Of a stretch of 64,000 nt of DNA, positions 12,283 to 26,500 are shown in pieces (positions within the stretch are counted from its first letter, which is position 1; every line of letters begins with the position of its first letter). The notes beneath the pieces are model-generated. The model did not search any database, was not told the DNA's origin, and worked only from the letters and a program-made list of their open reading frames with translations. Source of the DNA: Octopus vulgaris (lineage: Eukaryota). A program made the translations under genes and the position numbers. Location of the stretch: contig OX597821.1 of NCBI GenBank assembly GCA_951406725.2, positions 72,602,001 to 72,666,000 on the forward strand, given 5' to 3'.

Positions 12283-15200
12283 ATTTTTATATTTAAGATT
12301 TAATTACCATCAAGGAATAATGTATGCAGGTAAAGTAGTCTGGTGAGGATGTCTTGGAGATGTTTGTGTTGAAAGGTCAGAATGAAATTTTTACATTTAT
12401 TTCCAGTCGTTAGAACATTTTGTTGAAGATGTTTTACTGCTTAAAGAAAGGAAATATTGAATTAAAATGGAAAGAAATACAACAAAAGGCATTTAGTTGT
12501 CAATGTTATAGAGAAATAGTTTTTATTCAGAAAATAATAATGATATTTAACATAGGCAGAGGCGGGTGTTGTTGATTTAATTGATTTTTATTTATTGGAA
12601 CTTAAATCAACAGCCACCAGGACGAACAGTAAAGTCGCCTTTTGTAGGAATTGAAGATAAAATATAGAGAGATAAAACTAAACACCTCAAAGGTATTTAA
12701 GCTGACTTTTCTCCAATTTCTACCATCTTTCTGCTCTAATAATGGCAATAAAAGCACGATGAAGATTTTTTAAGAAGCTATCAATAGTAAAATGGCTACA
12801 AATACAAAAACAGCTTTGAGCTGGCTAATGGTACCATGGATACATTTGATAGAACAAAATGTTTAATGAAGCCATAAAATGCAATTAACAGGGCAAAGAA
12901 AAAAAAACTACATAATATCAGATTAACATAAAAAACATTTTAAAATATTTTTTTATAACAAATTGTTTTAAAAAAAGCAATATAATCAAACGGATTTGTA
13001 GTCATCTATATACAAATGTTAAATATACAAAAGAAAGTCAAATATATACAAGTGTGTGTGTGTGTGTATATATATATGGTGTGTAGAAGGGGGGATATTA
13101 TTTCTCTGTTGTAAAAATGTAGTATCTATGACATTGTTTGAATGCCATTATTTACCCTTTTTAATTAAATCATCAGAATTGAAACAAAAACATACGCATC
13201 CAAATAAATAATTGTCTACAGAGAATGGTTGTGGCTAGCTAAGTGTTAGTGCAGTAAATTCCTCAATTTTAAATCTTGTTGACTTAGCATTCCATTGGGA
13301 TTGATAAAATAAGCAGCAGTAATATGAAAGAGAGGAGTAAGAAATAAAAACAAAACAAAAACAAAGTTATATACACGTTAAATTTGCTAAAAATGCACAT
13401 ATCTGCTTAATTTTCACACACTTTCTTCAAGAATCAAAACAGATTAAACTAAAAACCATTTCCATTTCTAACAAGTTACCTTTTTTTTTTTTTTCAAATA
13501 CTTTCATGAAATAATTATCATCAATATTTCTTCTTATTTAAAGATCCTCAAAGAAAGTAAGAATCCACTGATTGTATCTGTAAATGGTGCTTATTTAAAT
13601 AATGGTAGTAAGCCTAGATGATTCCTCAATTATTTTATAGACTTTATTTATAGCCAAGTGACTTCCCCAAAAAGATGCACTAGGTGAGTTTTTGCTGATT
13701 GCTTTTTGGCCAATTTGAGTGAGTTCACAGTGAATATTCCATTTTTGATGCCTTCAATTAAATGGATTCCAAGAGAGAAACAGTCCTGGTATTTGACTGA
13801 GTGTTATAAGGATGTAAGATAAAGACAACCCTTGGTGGGATTTGAACTCAGTATCATTGGATATAGTTAAACATGCAAGATAAGGAAACCCTCACCAATT
13901 CTTCAGTGTTTGTATTTCTTATTTAAAGCTAAATGAGGTGAATCCGTAAGAAATGTTTTGGGCCACAGCGATGAGCTATGAGAACCAAACTCTCGAAGCA
14001 GTCGGCTCATGCCATTTTTACTGCCCAGGTTTATCTGTTAATCATTTGTGAGAATTACATCTATAAAAACTTGCTTTATATTTTGCTGCACAAAATTAGA
14101 GATTTATAAAAACATCTTCTCCTTTAGCGAACTATATTCACAAGAGATGACACAAACATCAATGTTTATGATATAAAAATGATTGAAATTTATGTACAGC
14201 GTCTGGTTGGTATTTCTGCCCGCCTACTTTCTCTCCAATATGATAAATTAGGTTGTCAAAAGCCATAGAGTCTTTAATGCCCATCCACCTTAACACAACT
14301 ATTGTGGGCCCCCTTGGTAACTAAGCACCCACCCTCTACGTTGTTGGAAACAAACATTAATCTCAGCATTCTTAGACTGACACTGTGAACTCTCCCTTGC
14401 TAGCAAAACTCCTTCCTTCCTTTACATTACAGAGAAACATATGTTATCAGATGTAGTGAAGTGACACATCTACAAAGTTGTGCTCTCTGAACAAACCCAA
14501 CGGTTAGCGAGAAGGATGCAATTCTAATTGCTTGCAGATGTGAAGGGAGCTTGAAGTAGTAACTCTGAATAAATACTCACACATGATAGAGGAGGGGGGA
14601 GAGACTCTAGTCCTGGGTAGAACGAAACTCACTAGTCTAATACTGCTGTTGAGTCAATAAAATAATACACCCAGCCTACACTGCGAAGTGATTGGTGATA
14701 AAAAAAGATCACCCAGCCTGTTTAATCCATGCCTGCATGGAAAAACTTGATACATGAAATGATGATGATGATGATGATATAGCACCAGATAAATGAATGA
14801 AAACAGTTTGAAGCTTCAGCTCTGATTCTTGGAGTTACCAAAAAAATGCAACGTTCAGGTCAGTTGGATTAAAAATTAAATATGAGATTATTTCACTGTT
14901 TCTGTTGGCTAATTTAAATACCACATCAAATCAAACAAGACCTGCTTTGTATTAAAGAAGATTAAAGCTTGTTATCACACACATGCAGTTTCCTCTTCTA
15001 CATTTTTTATAGAAAATTAATCAGACCCATCCAAAATATTTTACAAACTGTACAAGAAATTATTGTTATTAAAGTCTGAAACTTTCGCTCAAGTCATGAC
15101 ATGCACTGTTGCCATTCATCATTTGTTGGTTTATTCCTGGGTCCACCCAAGTGACCCATCAACCAGAGTCCCATCTCCAGTTCCCTCACCTGCCATGAGC

Positions 15201-16639
15201 ATGTGGTTGACCAACACAAACCAGATCCCCAGTGATGAGCAACATGGCCAAATAGTGTATCTGGACAAGTAACAGAACGCATCCCAGTTTTTCAGTTGTC
15301 ATTGGTTGCATATGAAATCCAACCAATGGTGACCCATAATCTTTGTGTAATTCTCAAATAAAGCCACTTGTATTAAAATGAAAAATCCACACATTTCCTC
15401 CTCTCCATCCAATAACTTTTGTATTATGTTCAGAATTTAACCATGGCCCCCAAAAATTCTATAATTACTGTTTGTGTTTCAAGTTAATGACAAAGATTAG
15501 TTACTTTATATTAAAACTAAATTCTCTTCATTTTTGTCTCTATATCGTCCCCTTCATGTAATTCCTACCCAGACCTGCCACAATTCTAAACTCCATTCTT
15601 TTAAAACAGCTGAGTAAAGCAAATCAATTTAGCTTAGCCAACCCCTAAATCTATAACTGTTCCCAAAACATGTTGTCAATGGGGTTTGGGAAAGTTTTTG
15701 TCCGTAGAATAGCATCCAATCATCTGTAAAGACAGACCACTGGACTCGTGCTAACATCATATACATCACACACACACACAATGGCTGGGGACAGAATGTA
15801 CTCAATACCTTTACTTCCGCCTTGAGCAATCAACCCCTCCCCCCATATAATGCTGCTTATGTTTACCAACACTGAAATGATGGGAGTGCTATTTGAACCC
15901 CTAACAACTCTATCCCAGCAATGAAAATTTTCTTACTTTCGTCTGCCACTAAAAGAAACTTCCTCCCAAGTGGATTTTACAGTTTCGTTCTAATGCCATT
16001 GCTATTTTTAATCTACAGTTATCTGAAATACCTGATTAATTTTCACTTTAAAAGAGAGAATTATTATTAAAGTTTTTTTTTTTTAAATGGTTAATAAAAA
16101 AGAAAAAAAAACAAATGTTAAACTTTCGAAAATTTCACCTTTCAGAAAGCTAAATGCAACGGCAATTAGTTTGGTTTCTAATTCGACTTAGAAAACAAAA
16201 GTGATTCAAAACCAGCCTGGTCACCTCACTTGGGGAAATCCACTGCAAAGCGTAGGTTGACTTTGAATCACCTGAGTTTGGGAATCTTAATTATGAATGG
16301 ATACAGAGAATTACAGTGGAGGGGGGGGGGGGTCCGGTTTATTTGGTTAAGTAAGGGAGCTGTAGAGGGACATTCGGCTTGTGTGTTGTAGGAATGGATA
16401 CAGGGAACTAATTTAAGGAGGAGAGACAACACTGACTTCATTAACCTCAAGAAACAGGGATTAACTGTTTTGTTAATCAGAAGAACATTAATTATGCCAA
16501 TAAAAAAAATGTTCATCTTGTTCTTTTAGAAGTCAAATTATTTCAGTGAAAACTTATTTTCTTAATCAGAATATGACAAAAATGACAGATTAATGATAAT
16601 AAAGAATGCAAAACTGATTCTAGGAGACATCTATGGTTA

Positions 16640-16930
16640 AAGAGAAGCAAATCACATTCAGTCAACTTTTCAAGGTTGAGAAGGTGACAACTTCTGGTAC
16701 AGTGGGCATGTGTGGTTAGAATGTCTGAGGAAAGAATCACATGGTGGATTCTTGAAGCCAAGCCAACTGGGAGGAGGAGACTTAGGGGTCGACCAAGAAT
16801 GAGATGGCTGGATAATATCCATAATCTCGGTTATGCTTGGGAATCAACCGGAAAGTTTAACGACGGGAGGAGGCACCTGAGGACTCTACCACCATCGCTC
16901 TCCCAGGAAAAAGTGGGCAGAGAAAATGGA
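16640..16930 (+). mobile_element. RTE-type LINE C-terminal fragment
   Basis: VVRMSEERITWWILEAKPTGRRRLRGRPRMRWLDNI matches the RTE RxRGRPxxRWxD motif. Confidence 0.75.
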
Positions 16931-18834
16931 CAGATGACCAGAAGTATCCATCTAGGAGTGATCAGTTTCACTGATTTCTAGACCAATGGGACCCAAACTA
17001 TCAGAGTTGAACTTAGCTAAAAAGCTATTGAAACACTTGTCAATTATACAGTGCTCCTACCTATTTACATCTCTCTACAACAGATTGGTCCAGATACAAT
17101 GCAATATCAGAGACAACACGAATTGCTGGCCTCTTGGTTAGTTATATGGCTAAAAAGCCAAGTTGTGTTGTTATTAGTTTAAAAAGAAATAATGAGGGCA
17201 AAATAATATAAATTGATACAAACTCATTCTTGGTTAATAAAAAGCAGCAATAAATAGTCATTGGTTCCATTGCAAGCAGCAAAGAGAAACGGAATTTGGA
17301 CCTTTTCATGTCATGGTAATATTTTAAAATATTAAAAAAAAAAAAAAGAAAGAGAGAAAAAGGCACAATGATAGAAGATATTAAATGAGAATTGGTCCCT
17401 TTGTTAGTGATTTCCTCTCATCAATCAGTCTTCGTTCTGAACTTGAAGTCAGGCAAAGATAAAAGCTATTTTCCTGTTTAAAAAAATTCTCTGGTTTAAA
17501 GAAATTGCATGACAAAGTCAAATTTTAATGTTTGTCAACAGCTATCGACTGTGTGTGTAAAATGAAGGCCAACAAATTTCTATCAACATATATAGGCACT
17601 GTGTGAACAATGGCAAATTCTAAGGCAGTACTTGGCTGACAAAGGAAAACAGTGAGAGAGAAGGACTTGGTTCTAAAGTAATTTCTAAATCTACATAAAA
17701 GAAAATTATGTTAATTTTTCCAAGTCATTAGTGAATAAATTAATATAACAGAAGAAACAATAAATAAAGATTTAAAAATTAAATTTCAGAGCAAACAATA
17801 TTTTTTTTTTCTTTTGCAGAAAAATAGTCAGAGCGATTCTCCTGTTTTTGATGAGGAGTTTAAAAAAAACCCAGTTTACTCAGGAAATATAGTTAATGAG
17901 TTTTAGTGATTTAGGTTAGTCTCAAGTAATAAAAAGTTATAAAAATGTATCAATACTTTCTGAATTGGCCCCACATTTCAATAAACTGCAAAGTTTGGAT
18001 ATGGTAAACCATGTCGGCTGTTGAAATATCAGGTAAAATATAAAACTAAGGTGAGATATCAGCAATGTTAAAACTTATGGCAAGAGTTAACGAGCAACAA
18101 ATTAGATCTTAAGAAACATGAATTATAATGGAGAAGATACAAGAAGTGCGATTTTTAGTTCTCTCACCAGAACTGTGTGAAATTTGGTATTTTCTGAAGT
18201 AATTAGTAATATGGAAGGTAAAGTTAGGCATTCATTAATAATTGTTAATTAGGGAGCTGAATAAAAGTGAGAAAAACAATGATTAACAGGTTTAAACATG
18301 GCAGCAACAAATTTTAAACACGACATAAAAAGCAGTTATTTGTGGTGGAAATAAGTGGGAGCATCATAGACTTACTGGGTGTTTAAGTCAATGAGATATT
18401 TGGATGTGAAATGTTTTAACCTTCACAGATTAGAATTGAAAATGTGGTTACGGTGTCATTGGTGGTTCAAGTTTAATGGCTTCTGTTCGAAAGATAATTG
18501 ACGGAAATGAAGTTTGTCCATTCTAAATTGTTTTGAGTGGCACTGTGATGATGATGATGCCAACACAGGGTGTGCAAGCTGAAGATCTTCCTGATGGCTA
18601 ATGTTTTTAATTAGTGCAGAATCCAGTGGACTGTGGCAATTGCCTGGACACCACACAATAATATCAAACGAATGTTATGATACTCTCACTTATTTCACAA
18701 ATAAATTGAATAAAATAAAAATACTCACAGTTAAGAGCAAACCAGTTCAACAAAGTAATGTTTTACAAAAAATCACAAAAGGGGCCAAAAAAAAAAAAAC
18801 AACAGCAAAACATTTGACATTCACAACCATTTTT

Positions 18835-19030
18835 AACAGGAGTCCCCACCTGGGTTGCTTGGCCTGCTAGAAATAGCAGCCAGGCTTCCCTCAAATCACT
18901 ACTTACTGTCATTAAAAATTAGATAATAATGAAGTCCTGGATATACTATTTGCATAAAAGGCAGGATGGTCATAGCTGAAACACCATTGATCATAGGTTT
19001 ATTTAACCATTGCTGACCAAGGGCTAAATA
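18835..19030 (+). repeat. Old dispersed repeat (tagaaatagcagcca...ccctcaaatcac family)
   Basis: Degenerate copies near 4870-4940, 11540-11630, 20325-20490, 27480-27640 and 54650-54810. Confidence 0.5.
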
Positions 19031-19187
19031 ACATGAATTTCAAACACCCCTGGACTATTTATTGTAATCACCAAGGATTGAAACTAAACCCTGCTTACTT
19101 TGGAGTTTGTAAATCAGTGGTAACAACTGGGACGCATTTAACCATTTATTAGAATATTTGTGAATAGATTAACCTTAGACACATTTG

Positions 19188-20289
19188 TAGAGAGTCTGGC
19201 ATGGAAAGATGAAGGTTTTTAAGAGGACGGGGTGGTCACATAGTTGATGATGCTGAGCAACACAAAGGCAGGATGATATTTCAGTAGCTGTGATGCAGTG
19301 GAATGTGCACCATTGTGATTTTGTGATGACGGGTTTTTTTTTTTTTTATTATGTGGTAACTTGGTTACTTAAACACAGCGAAAATTCTGTTTGTATTTTT
19401 GATGTAGGATCTCATGGAAAAATGGTCAGTTGAAATTTGATGTCATTATGAGGAGAAAAGTTTAGGTTGACCAATTGAGCATTGCCTGACCCTAAGGAAT
19501 AGCAAGGCCATTAAATGGGCCGTAATGAATAAGTCGTTATAGTTCTGCATCAAAGCATGGCATTGTTAAGTCTTTCAGAATGTTGTGTGAAATTTATTGC
19601 ACATTCATTAAAATGTTTGTCCTGATAAGAATATGTCTGTTGCAAGAAATAAAATAGTAAGATTGGGAAAACCAGAAAAAGCAGACAATAGATGGCAAGC
19701 GTTGACAAAGTGCATTTCTGTGTCTAGTTATAGAAATTGGCAAAACTTGTGCCAAGTCAGACAACAATTCACAGTTTTGTGAGAATTCCTTAATTGTTAA
19801 TATGAAGTGTGTGGTGTTGCATAGTAAACTTCCATGTGGTAATTCCATGTTAGGTGTCTTCCTTCTAGAACTGAACAGACTTGGCATTAATACACAACAT
19901 ACTGAGAGAGGAGTGGGCAGGTAAGTCAGTGACCACCCACACAAAGCTTCCATGTACATTATTACAGGAATGTTGTCAGTGCAATGAGGTGCCATGGCTG
20001 GCTCAACTGCCTAATCTTTTGGTTTGGGATTATTTGCAGCTATTCCTACAAGACGATGTCCATCAACAAACTGTTCACACTTGATGGAACTGAAAGCTGC
20101 CATTTCCAAAGAACATGGCTTGATGCAAAATGCAAAAGTTCCAGGTCAGGCTAGAAGCATGTGTGCGAAACAAAGGAAAGCATTTGAATGACATTTTCAA
20201 AACGAAATAAAAGCTCTGTCTTAAACGGTTTATAAACAAGCTCTGTACATTTATTTAAAAACCATCAAGTTTCTTTGTTAGACTCTGTA
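19188..20289 (+). mobile_element. Degenerate Tc1/mariner-superfamily transposon
   Basis: Imperfect TIRs (tagagagtctggcatggaaagatgaaggtttt / aaaaccatcaagtttctttgttagactctgta); WLAQLPNLLVWDYL resembles WPxxSPDLxxxDY. Confidence 0.55.
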
Positions 20290-22448
20290 GAATGAAATGA
20301 AGTCAAACTAACAGCCATTTCAACCTACTAAAAATAATAGCCAACTTTCTCGCAAAATATATGCTAAAATCTTGAAAAAGAAAGTGACAGAGATAATGTA
20401 AATGTGCAAAACCTGAGAGAAGGATGAGATGGATGTAAGTGGAATGGCTTTCATGAGAGTCCAATCAGAGTTGACTGGAGTCAAAACAACAAAGGAAATT
20501 AAAATAAGGAAATCTTCCTTTGTTCACTTTTGAAGTGAATCTGAAAATAACTTTTTGTCTTTCAGCCACAAATAAGAAGAAATGGTTGTAGCCTGCTTTA
20601 TTGGGCCTCACACGTAAACAAATAGACTGGAATGGTATTTGAATACAGAGGCATTTTCATTGATGACTTTTCAAATATAAATTTGGAAGTTAAAACCTAA
20701 CCAGACTACTTGACGAAAACAAACCCGGTGGATTCTGGAAATAGAAAAGAAAAGGAAAAAGGGCCAACAAAAGGGTTTGATTTGACAGTACAAACATCCC
20801 ATCAGAAAATATAGATATTGATTATAGATCTTGTGGTCAAGTCTTATTGGTTGATTGGATGCCAGGGAAGATGTCATCATCCTGTATTCAAGGGGGCCAT
20901 TAGTTTTACAGAACTCAGACCTTTCTAAGTTATAAACAAGAGGAGATAAGAACTAACAATTGAAAGCAAATGAAACACTCATGAAATATACAGTGCTCCC
21001 ACATTTTGTTTTTAGTAGTAACTGAAGTTCCTTGTAATTGTTTACAGATGGTGTAGGCCACCTGTACTGGTCACGAATTATTAAACTTCTAACTACTATC
21101 TCTACTGAGACATTAATTTAACCAGCCTTGACATTAGTCTACAAAAATGGAAAGTCCTGTAACCTATTTAGTTATGAAGACAGCCCCCTTGTTTGGCTGG
21201 ACTCACAGCAGGATTTACCTCAACGCTGTTGAAGCTAAAAAGGAGCACCTGTTCATTTGACAGGGCTCTTTAGAACTTGTTATTAATTGTGATACCTATT
21301 CATGGCCAGGTGGACTTTGCTGTCTGAGAGTTAAATCTCTCTCTCTTAATCCTGAAAGAATATAAACTGTCAACCTCCCAATTATTTGGTAATCCATTGA
21401 CTTGGACCATCTCTAATCTACCAATATCTAATCTGCTGATGAACATATAAATGATTGACCTGTTAATCCAAACATATGCGAAAAGATTCCTTTCAGAAAA
21501 TCTTGTACAAAATGGTTCTTAAAATGTGTCTGAAAGATGCAAAAACATAAAACAATATTGTAATGAAATGCTTACAATTGAAAGAATGAAACTGTTGAGA
21601 TTTTGGTGTGAATTTACAAAATGTTCATGTGTCTAAGATGTGTCAAAAAGAGAGATTTCTTCAATGCTCATTCTTGCTTACTGAAATCTGACAATGGAGA
21701 CAAATCTCTTTCATAGAGATGCCAAAGGAAGGGCTTTAACTAGTCATGTGACCACATCAACAACAAATAATCTAAACTGATTGGTTGATTGTCTAACCAG
21801 ATAAAAAACAACAAAAAACCATTTTATGAATAGAATTCACTGAGCAAATCAAGGTTAGATTGGAAAAGAGAGATTTTGTGTTGAAATGAAACTTTTAGGC
21901 TACAATTTATGTTTTTAAAAATATGTGAACAGCTGTTATCCACTGATTTACCTGAATTAAGGGGACCTACTATGTAAGATTAAGGGTTTCAGGGCTGTTT
22001 GTTAAATAATCTTTTTCTTTTGGGTGTACAATTGGTGTTTAATAAAAACTTGAATGTACAATAATTATAAGATGCACTTATCAACTGGCACAAGGCTAGT
22101 AATTTTTGAGGGGAGGGGCAAGTCAAGTACACCAAGCCCAGTACTTAACTGGTACTTTTTTTGTACCTTTTTCATAGAATCTGAAAGGATGACAAGCAAA
22201 GTTGGCCTCAGTGGGATTTAAAATGCCACAAAGAATTTTGTCTGATGTGCAAACGATTTTGCCAGCTTGCCACCCTCTTTACAATAATGAGAACATAGCA
22301 GACAACACAGAATAATTGGAACTGATTCAATCATAAAGAAATCCATTTAGAAAACAAAGTATTAAAAGAAATTCCAACAGCTTCGATGATTTCCTCTCCT
22401 CCATTCTCCGACTGCTTTATCCTGCATCTCACGAGGGAAGTTTTCTTT

Positions 22449-22567
22449 TTATATTGCTGCCTGGGGTGGTGCAACACGGTTGATTAAATTGGTCATGGCT
22501 GTGTTTACTCCATCAACTGTTTGAAACAGGTCTTCATTTGTTCTTGTAAATTCTGACATTGAACAAG
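22449..22567 (-). CDS. Terminal coding exon (ACSMSEFTRTNEDLFQTVDGVNTAMTNLINRVAPPQAAI*)
   Basis: Strong polypyrimidine tract and cag acceptor, phase 1 matches the previous donor; DLFxxxDxVxxAMxxL resembles the dystrobrevin/invertebrate dystrophin C-terminal helix. Confidence 0.8.
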
Positions 22568-23471
22568 CTGCAATATGGAAGAAGAAAAAAAATCTCAATG
22601 ATACATAACTCACGTGTTTGTCAGAGACACAAACACAAGCCAATAAATAAAGTTGAAAAATTGAGTGATCTATCATATACAATCAAAATTAATTTTATTT
22701 TCCTAAAAAGTTACAATAAAAACCATGTTGCAAACCACATGACCTGATGGTTACTTGTAATAAATTATCCATCCATTCCTAGCACAGAAAGTAGATATAA
22801 AACGGAGACGGCCAGACTGTTACCCTATCCAGAAGGAGATTTAATGGTACCAAAGATTTTATTAATGTTTAACTATCATAAGATTGGCAGCTTATAGAAA
22901 AGGAAAATTCTTGTTCACTGAAACCAAAACTCGATAAATGGTCCGTAAAAGTCATTACTAATTATCAAATGGAAGCTTAATATTATCAATAAAATGGTTT
23001 TAAATTTTGTTCTCACACCATCTGACAGCTGACTTTGCTGCTACTGGTCGTGGCACTCCATTGGTTCCGATCAACGGAACAGCCTCCTGCTCATTTATTA
23101 ACGTGCAAGTGGCTGAGCACTCCACAGACATGTGTACCCTTAGTGTAGTTCTTGGGGAGATTCAGTGTGACACAGAGTGCGACAAGGCTAGCCTCTTTGA
23201 AATACGGGTACAACAGAAACAGGAAGAAAGAGTGAGAGAAAGTTGTGGTGAAAGAGTACAGCAGGGCTCGCCACCACTCCCTGCTGGAGCCTTGAAGAGC
23301 TTTAGGTGTTTTCGCTCAATAAACACCCACAACGCCCGGTCTGGGAATTGAAACCACAATTCTACGACTGCGTGTCCACTGCCCTAACCACTGGGCCATT
23401 GTGCCTCCACTTTGCAGCTACTAAAATGCAGATGTAGCTGTATGGCTACCACAGAACAGAGAAGTGAAATG

Positions 23472-23505
<34 letters not shown>

Positions 23506-26500
23506 TCTGGTTCGCCAAACCTCAGCCAAATCATACAACCCATGCTAGCATGGAAAGCGGACGTTAAACGATGATGATGATAATCAACAGAGTATGTTCC
23601 AAGAATAAAAATACTACAGTTGTTAGTTTAATCACAATACTATAGATATTAAAATATAGTTAATTTAATGCATTTAAATTAACCCAAAATAATTATTCAG
23701 TGAAGTAAGAACATTATTGTTAGTTAACATGGAAGGATCATTAAAAAGCTAACACTTAGCTTATTGCTTCACATAAAGATGCTATTTTTCTGAATATAAT
23801 TGATGAAAACAATGGTGATGATGGTGAGGAAGGAGTTTATTAAGTTTACAGATCATTTCCTCAATACATAATACGTTTTCAGGGTAAGACACTTAATCCA
23901 TTATTTTAACAAAAGGAATATTTATTTACATTGTTTAACACAGGATATCGATATGATCTGCTTCTATTTGCCAAAAGGGTTTTATTAACTTTCTCAAATC
24001 AGAAATCTGAAATATTTTGTGTGGTGGTATACAGGTACATCATACATGTAATTACACTACAACGACGTGATACGAGTTATCTCATAGCAATGAAAAAATG
24101 CTCAGATTGGTTTGCTAGGAAGGCTTTGAGTGGATGTTATTCATTATTTGACTTTGTCTCTTCATTGTATAATGTTTTCTTTATATTTTTTCAGATTTAT
24201 AAAGAACTTTTATACATTTTGACTTGTAATATATAAGATACCCAAAACCTTTTCCAATGAAGACATTGCTGGAATGCTTCATGTACTCATGGAAAATGAA
24301 CTACCGGAAGATGATATCTTGGAGTCAGAGAGTGAATCCTCAGATGCTTTGGATAAGAAATTATGTAGCAAATGCCAGTGGAAGTAAATACCAGTGACAC
24401 CAGTTCTACTGACAAAGATGAACAATTGATTGCTCGAGGTTGTAAGAGACAACGCAGTTCCCTGGCACCAACTGCATCGACATCCAATACTTATACCTGC
24501 TATATATAGAGGTTTTACCAAATATATTTCCTGGCTTGTGCCATGATACGATTTAACTCGTATCATTGAGCAAATAAAAGGTGTCTTTAGTGTTTCCACA
24601 ACACACTCACAATGTTAGTTCCAGACGTCAGTTCATTTTAAGCATGCTACAATAAAATAGACTTCTACGAGTATGCTCGTACCTGGTAAAAATGTATAGA
24701 TTGCCAACTACGAGATAACTCGTTGTTGGCAGTCAACATGTTAAACGAACAGAGAGATTATAATTGATAATTATAATTTTAGTAGTAATTTAGCTGAGAT
24801 AGATTAATTCTTGTTTTCTATTTTTTACATCGACTTCTTATGTTTTAACACAGTTGATATGGTTCTGAAATTTGAATAATTAGACTACATGCAACAAATT
24901 TATCAACAACTGAGTTTATTTATATTATTTACATTTGATGGATATTTGTCCTCATCTTGTTTGTTGTTAACACAACGTTTCAGCTGATATACCCTCCAGC
25001 CTTCATCAGGTGTCCACAGGCATATGGCCTAGTGGTTAAGAGTGTGGGCTACTAACCCCAAGACTCCGAGTTCGATTTCAGACAGTGACCTGAATAATAA
25101 TAATAACAACAACATCAAAAAATACCTTAGGAATGAGAACCCAGGTTCGAAATTTCCCCAAGACACCTGATGAAGGCTGGAGGGTATATCAGCCAAAACG
25201 TTATGTTAACAACAAACAAGATGAGGACAAATATCCTTTGAATGTAAATAATGTGCGTAATTCCTCATCTCTTAAATATAGAACAGTGAGTTTATTTATG
25301 TTATGAAGAGTGGCCAACAGTAATACAAATTTTTAACAATTCTTACAAATATCTAAATTTACAAAACTTGGAGCAGAATGAGAAAAATAAAACGCATAAA
25401 ATTTTTAGAAAATATAACAAATCATAACGATAAGGAAATCACCTGACAAAATATAGGATGCGAAACTACATCAGCTGGGATAAACACTCATATCAGTAAC
25501 TAATGAGGAATCAATAACACAAGAATGGTTCAAAGGATTTATTACTGACAGAAAGGTAGTTGAGTGCTGCAATGGAAGAGTAGCAAGGAAATGTTTTATG
25601 GTGTTTAGTTTGATTTCTTTGTGTTCTCTTGACTCAAAGACTGCTTCCGTTGCTTTTATCTCTAAGCTTCACAAAGTGAGTCTCAGCTGGACACAGGAAT
25701 TCATTCAACTGATAACCCCCAGCTGACTACAAAAATCTGCGACAACGTTGATATTAATAGAAAGTTGTGGCCAATGACAGGGCCCCCTGACTGGCTCCCT
25801 GTGTTGGTGGTACGTAAAAAGCACTATTCGAGCATAGGTCAATGCTAGTGACACCAGACTGGCCCCCGTACCAGCGACACGTAAAAAACACACACTACAC
25901 TCTTGGAGTAGTTGGCGTTAGGAAGGGCATCCAGCTGCAGAAATATTGCCAGATCAGATTGGGGCCTGGTGCAGCCTCCTGGCTTGCCAGTCCCCGGTCA
26001 AACCGTCCAACCTAGGTCAGCATGGAAAATAGACATTAAATGATGATGATTAATGTTAAAGTAAGTAACCAGAAGCGATTAGTTACATAGCTCCATGTTT
26101 TGAGTTCAAATAGCACTAAGGTTGTTTTGCCTTTCATATGTCTGAGGTTGCAATATTAAACAGCCATGTTGTGTACTGGGATCAAGGCAAATTTGTGGTC
26201 AAGTGCCAATGTATATCGTTATTTCATAAACGTAAAAGTCAAACATTATTAGTTCATGGTTTCAAAATTACGATTCTTATAGACTAGATGAATTCTTAGT
26301 TGTTCAAAATCAAGTTACGAACTTTATTCGTATTCTATAATTATGCCTATATTTAATTCAACGATCAATGACTTAACTCATGATAAAATCCGAATGTGAA
26401 AGTTTCATGCTTGTAAAATCCTGGGTTTATCTTGTGTCACGGGAACTGAGTGACAGACAAGAGCCAGGATTTGTTCTTCTCTCCTGATTATCTTGAGACA

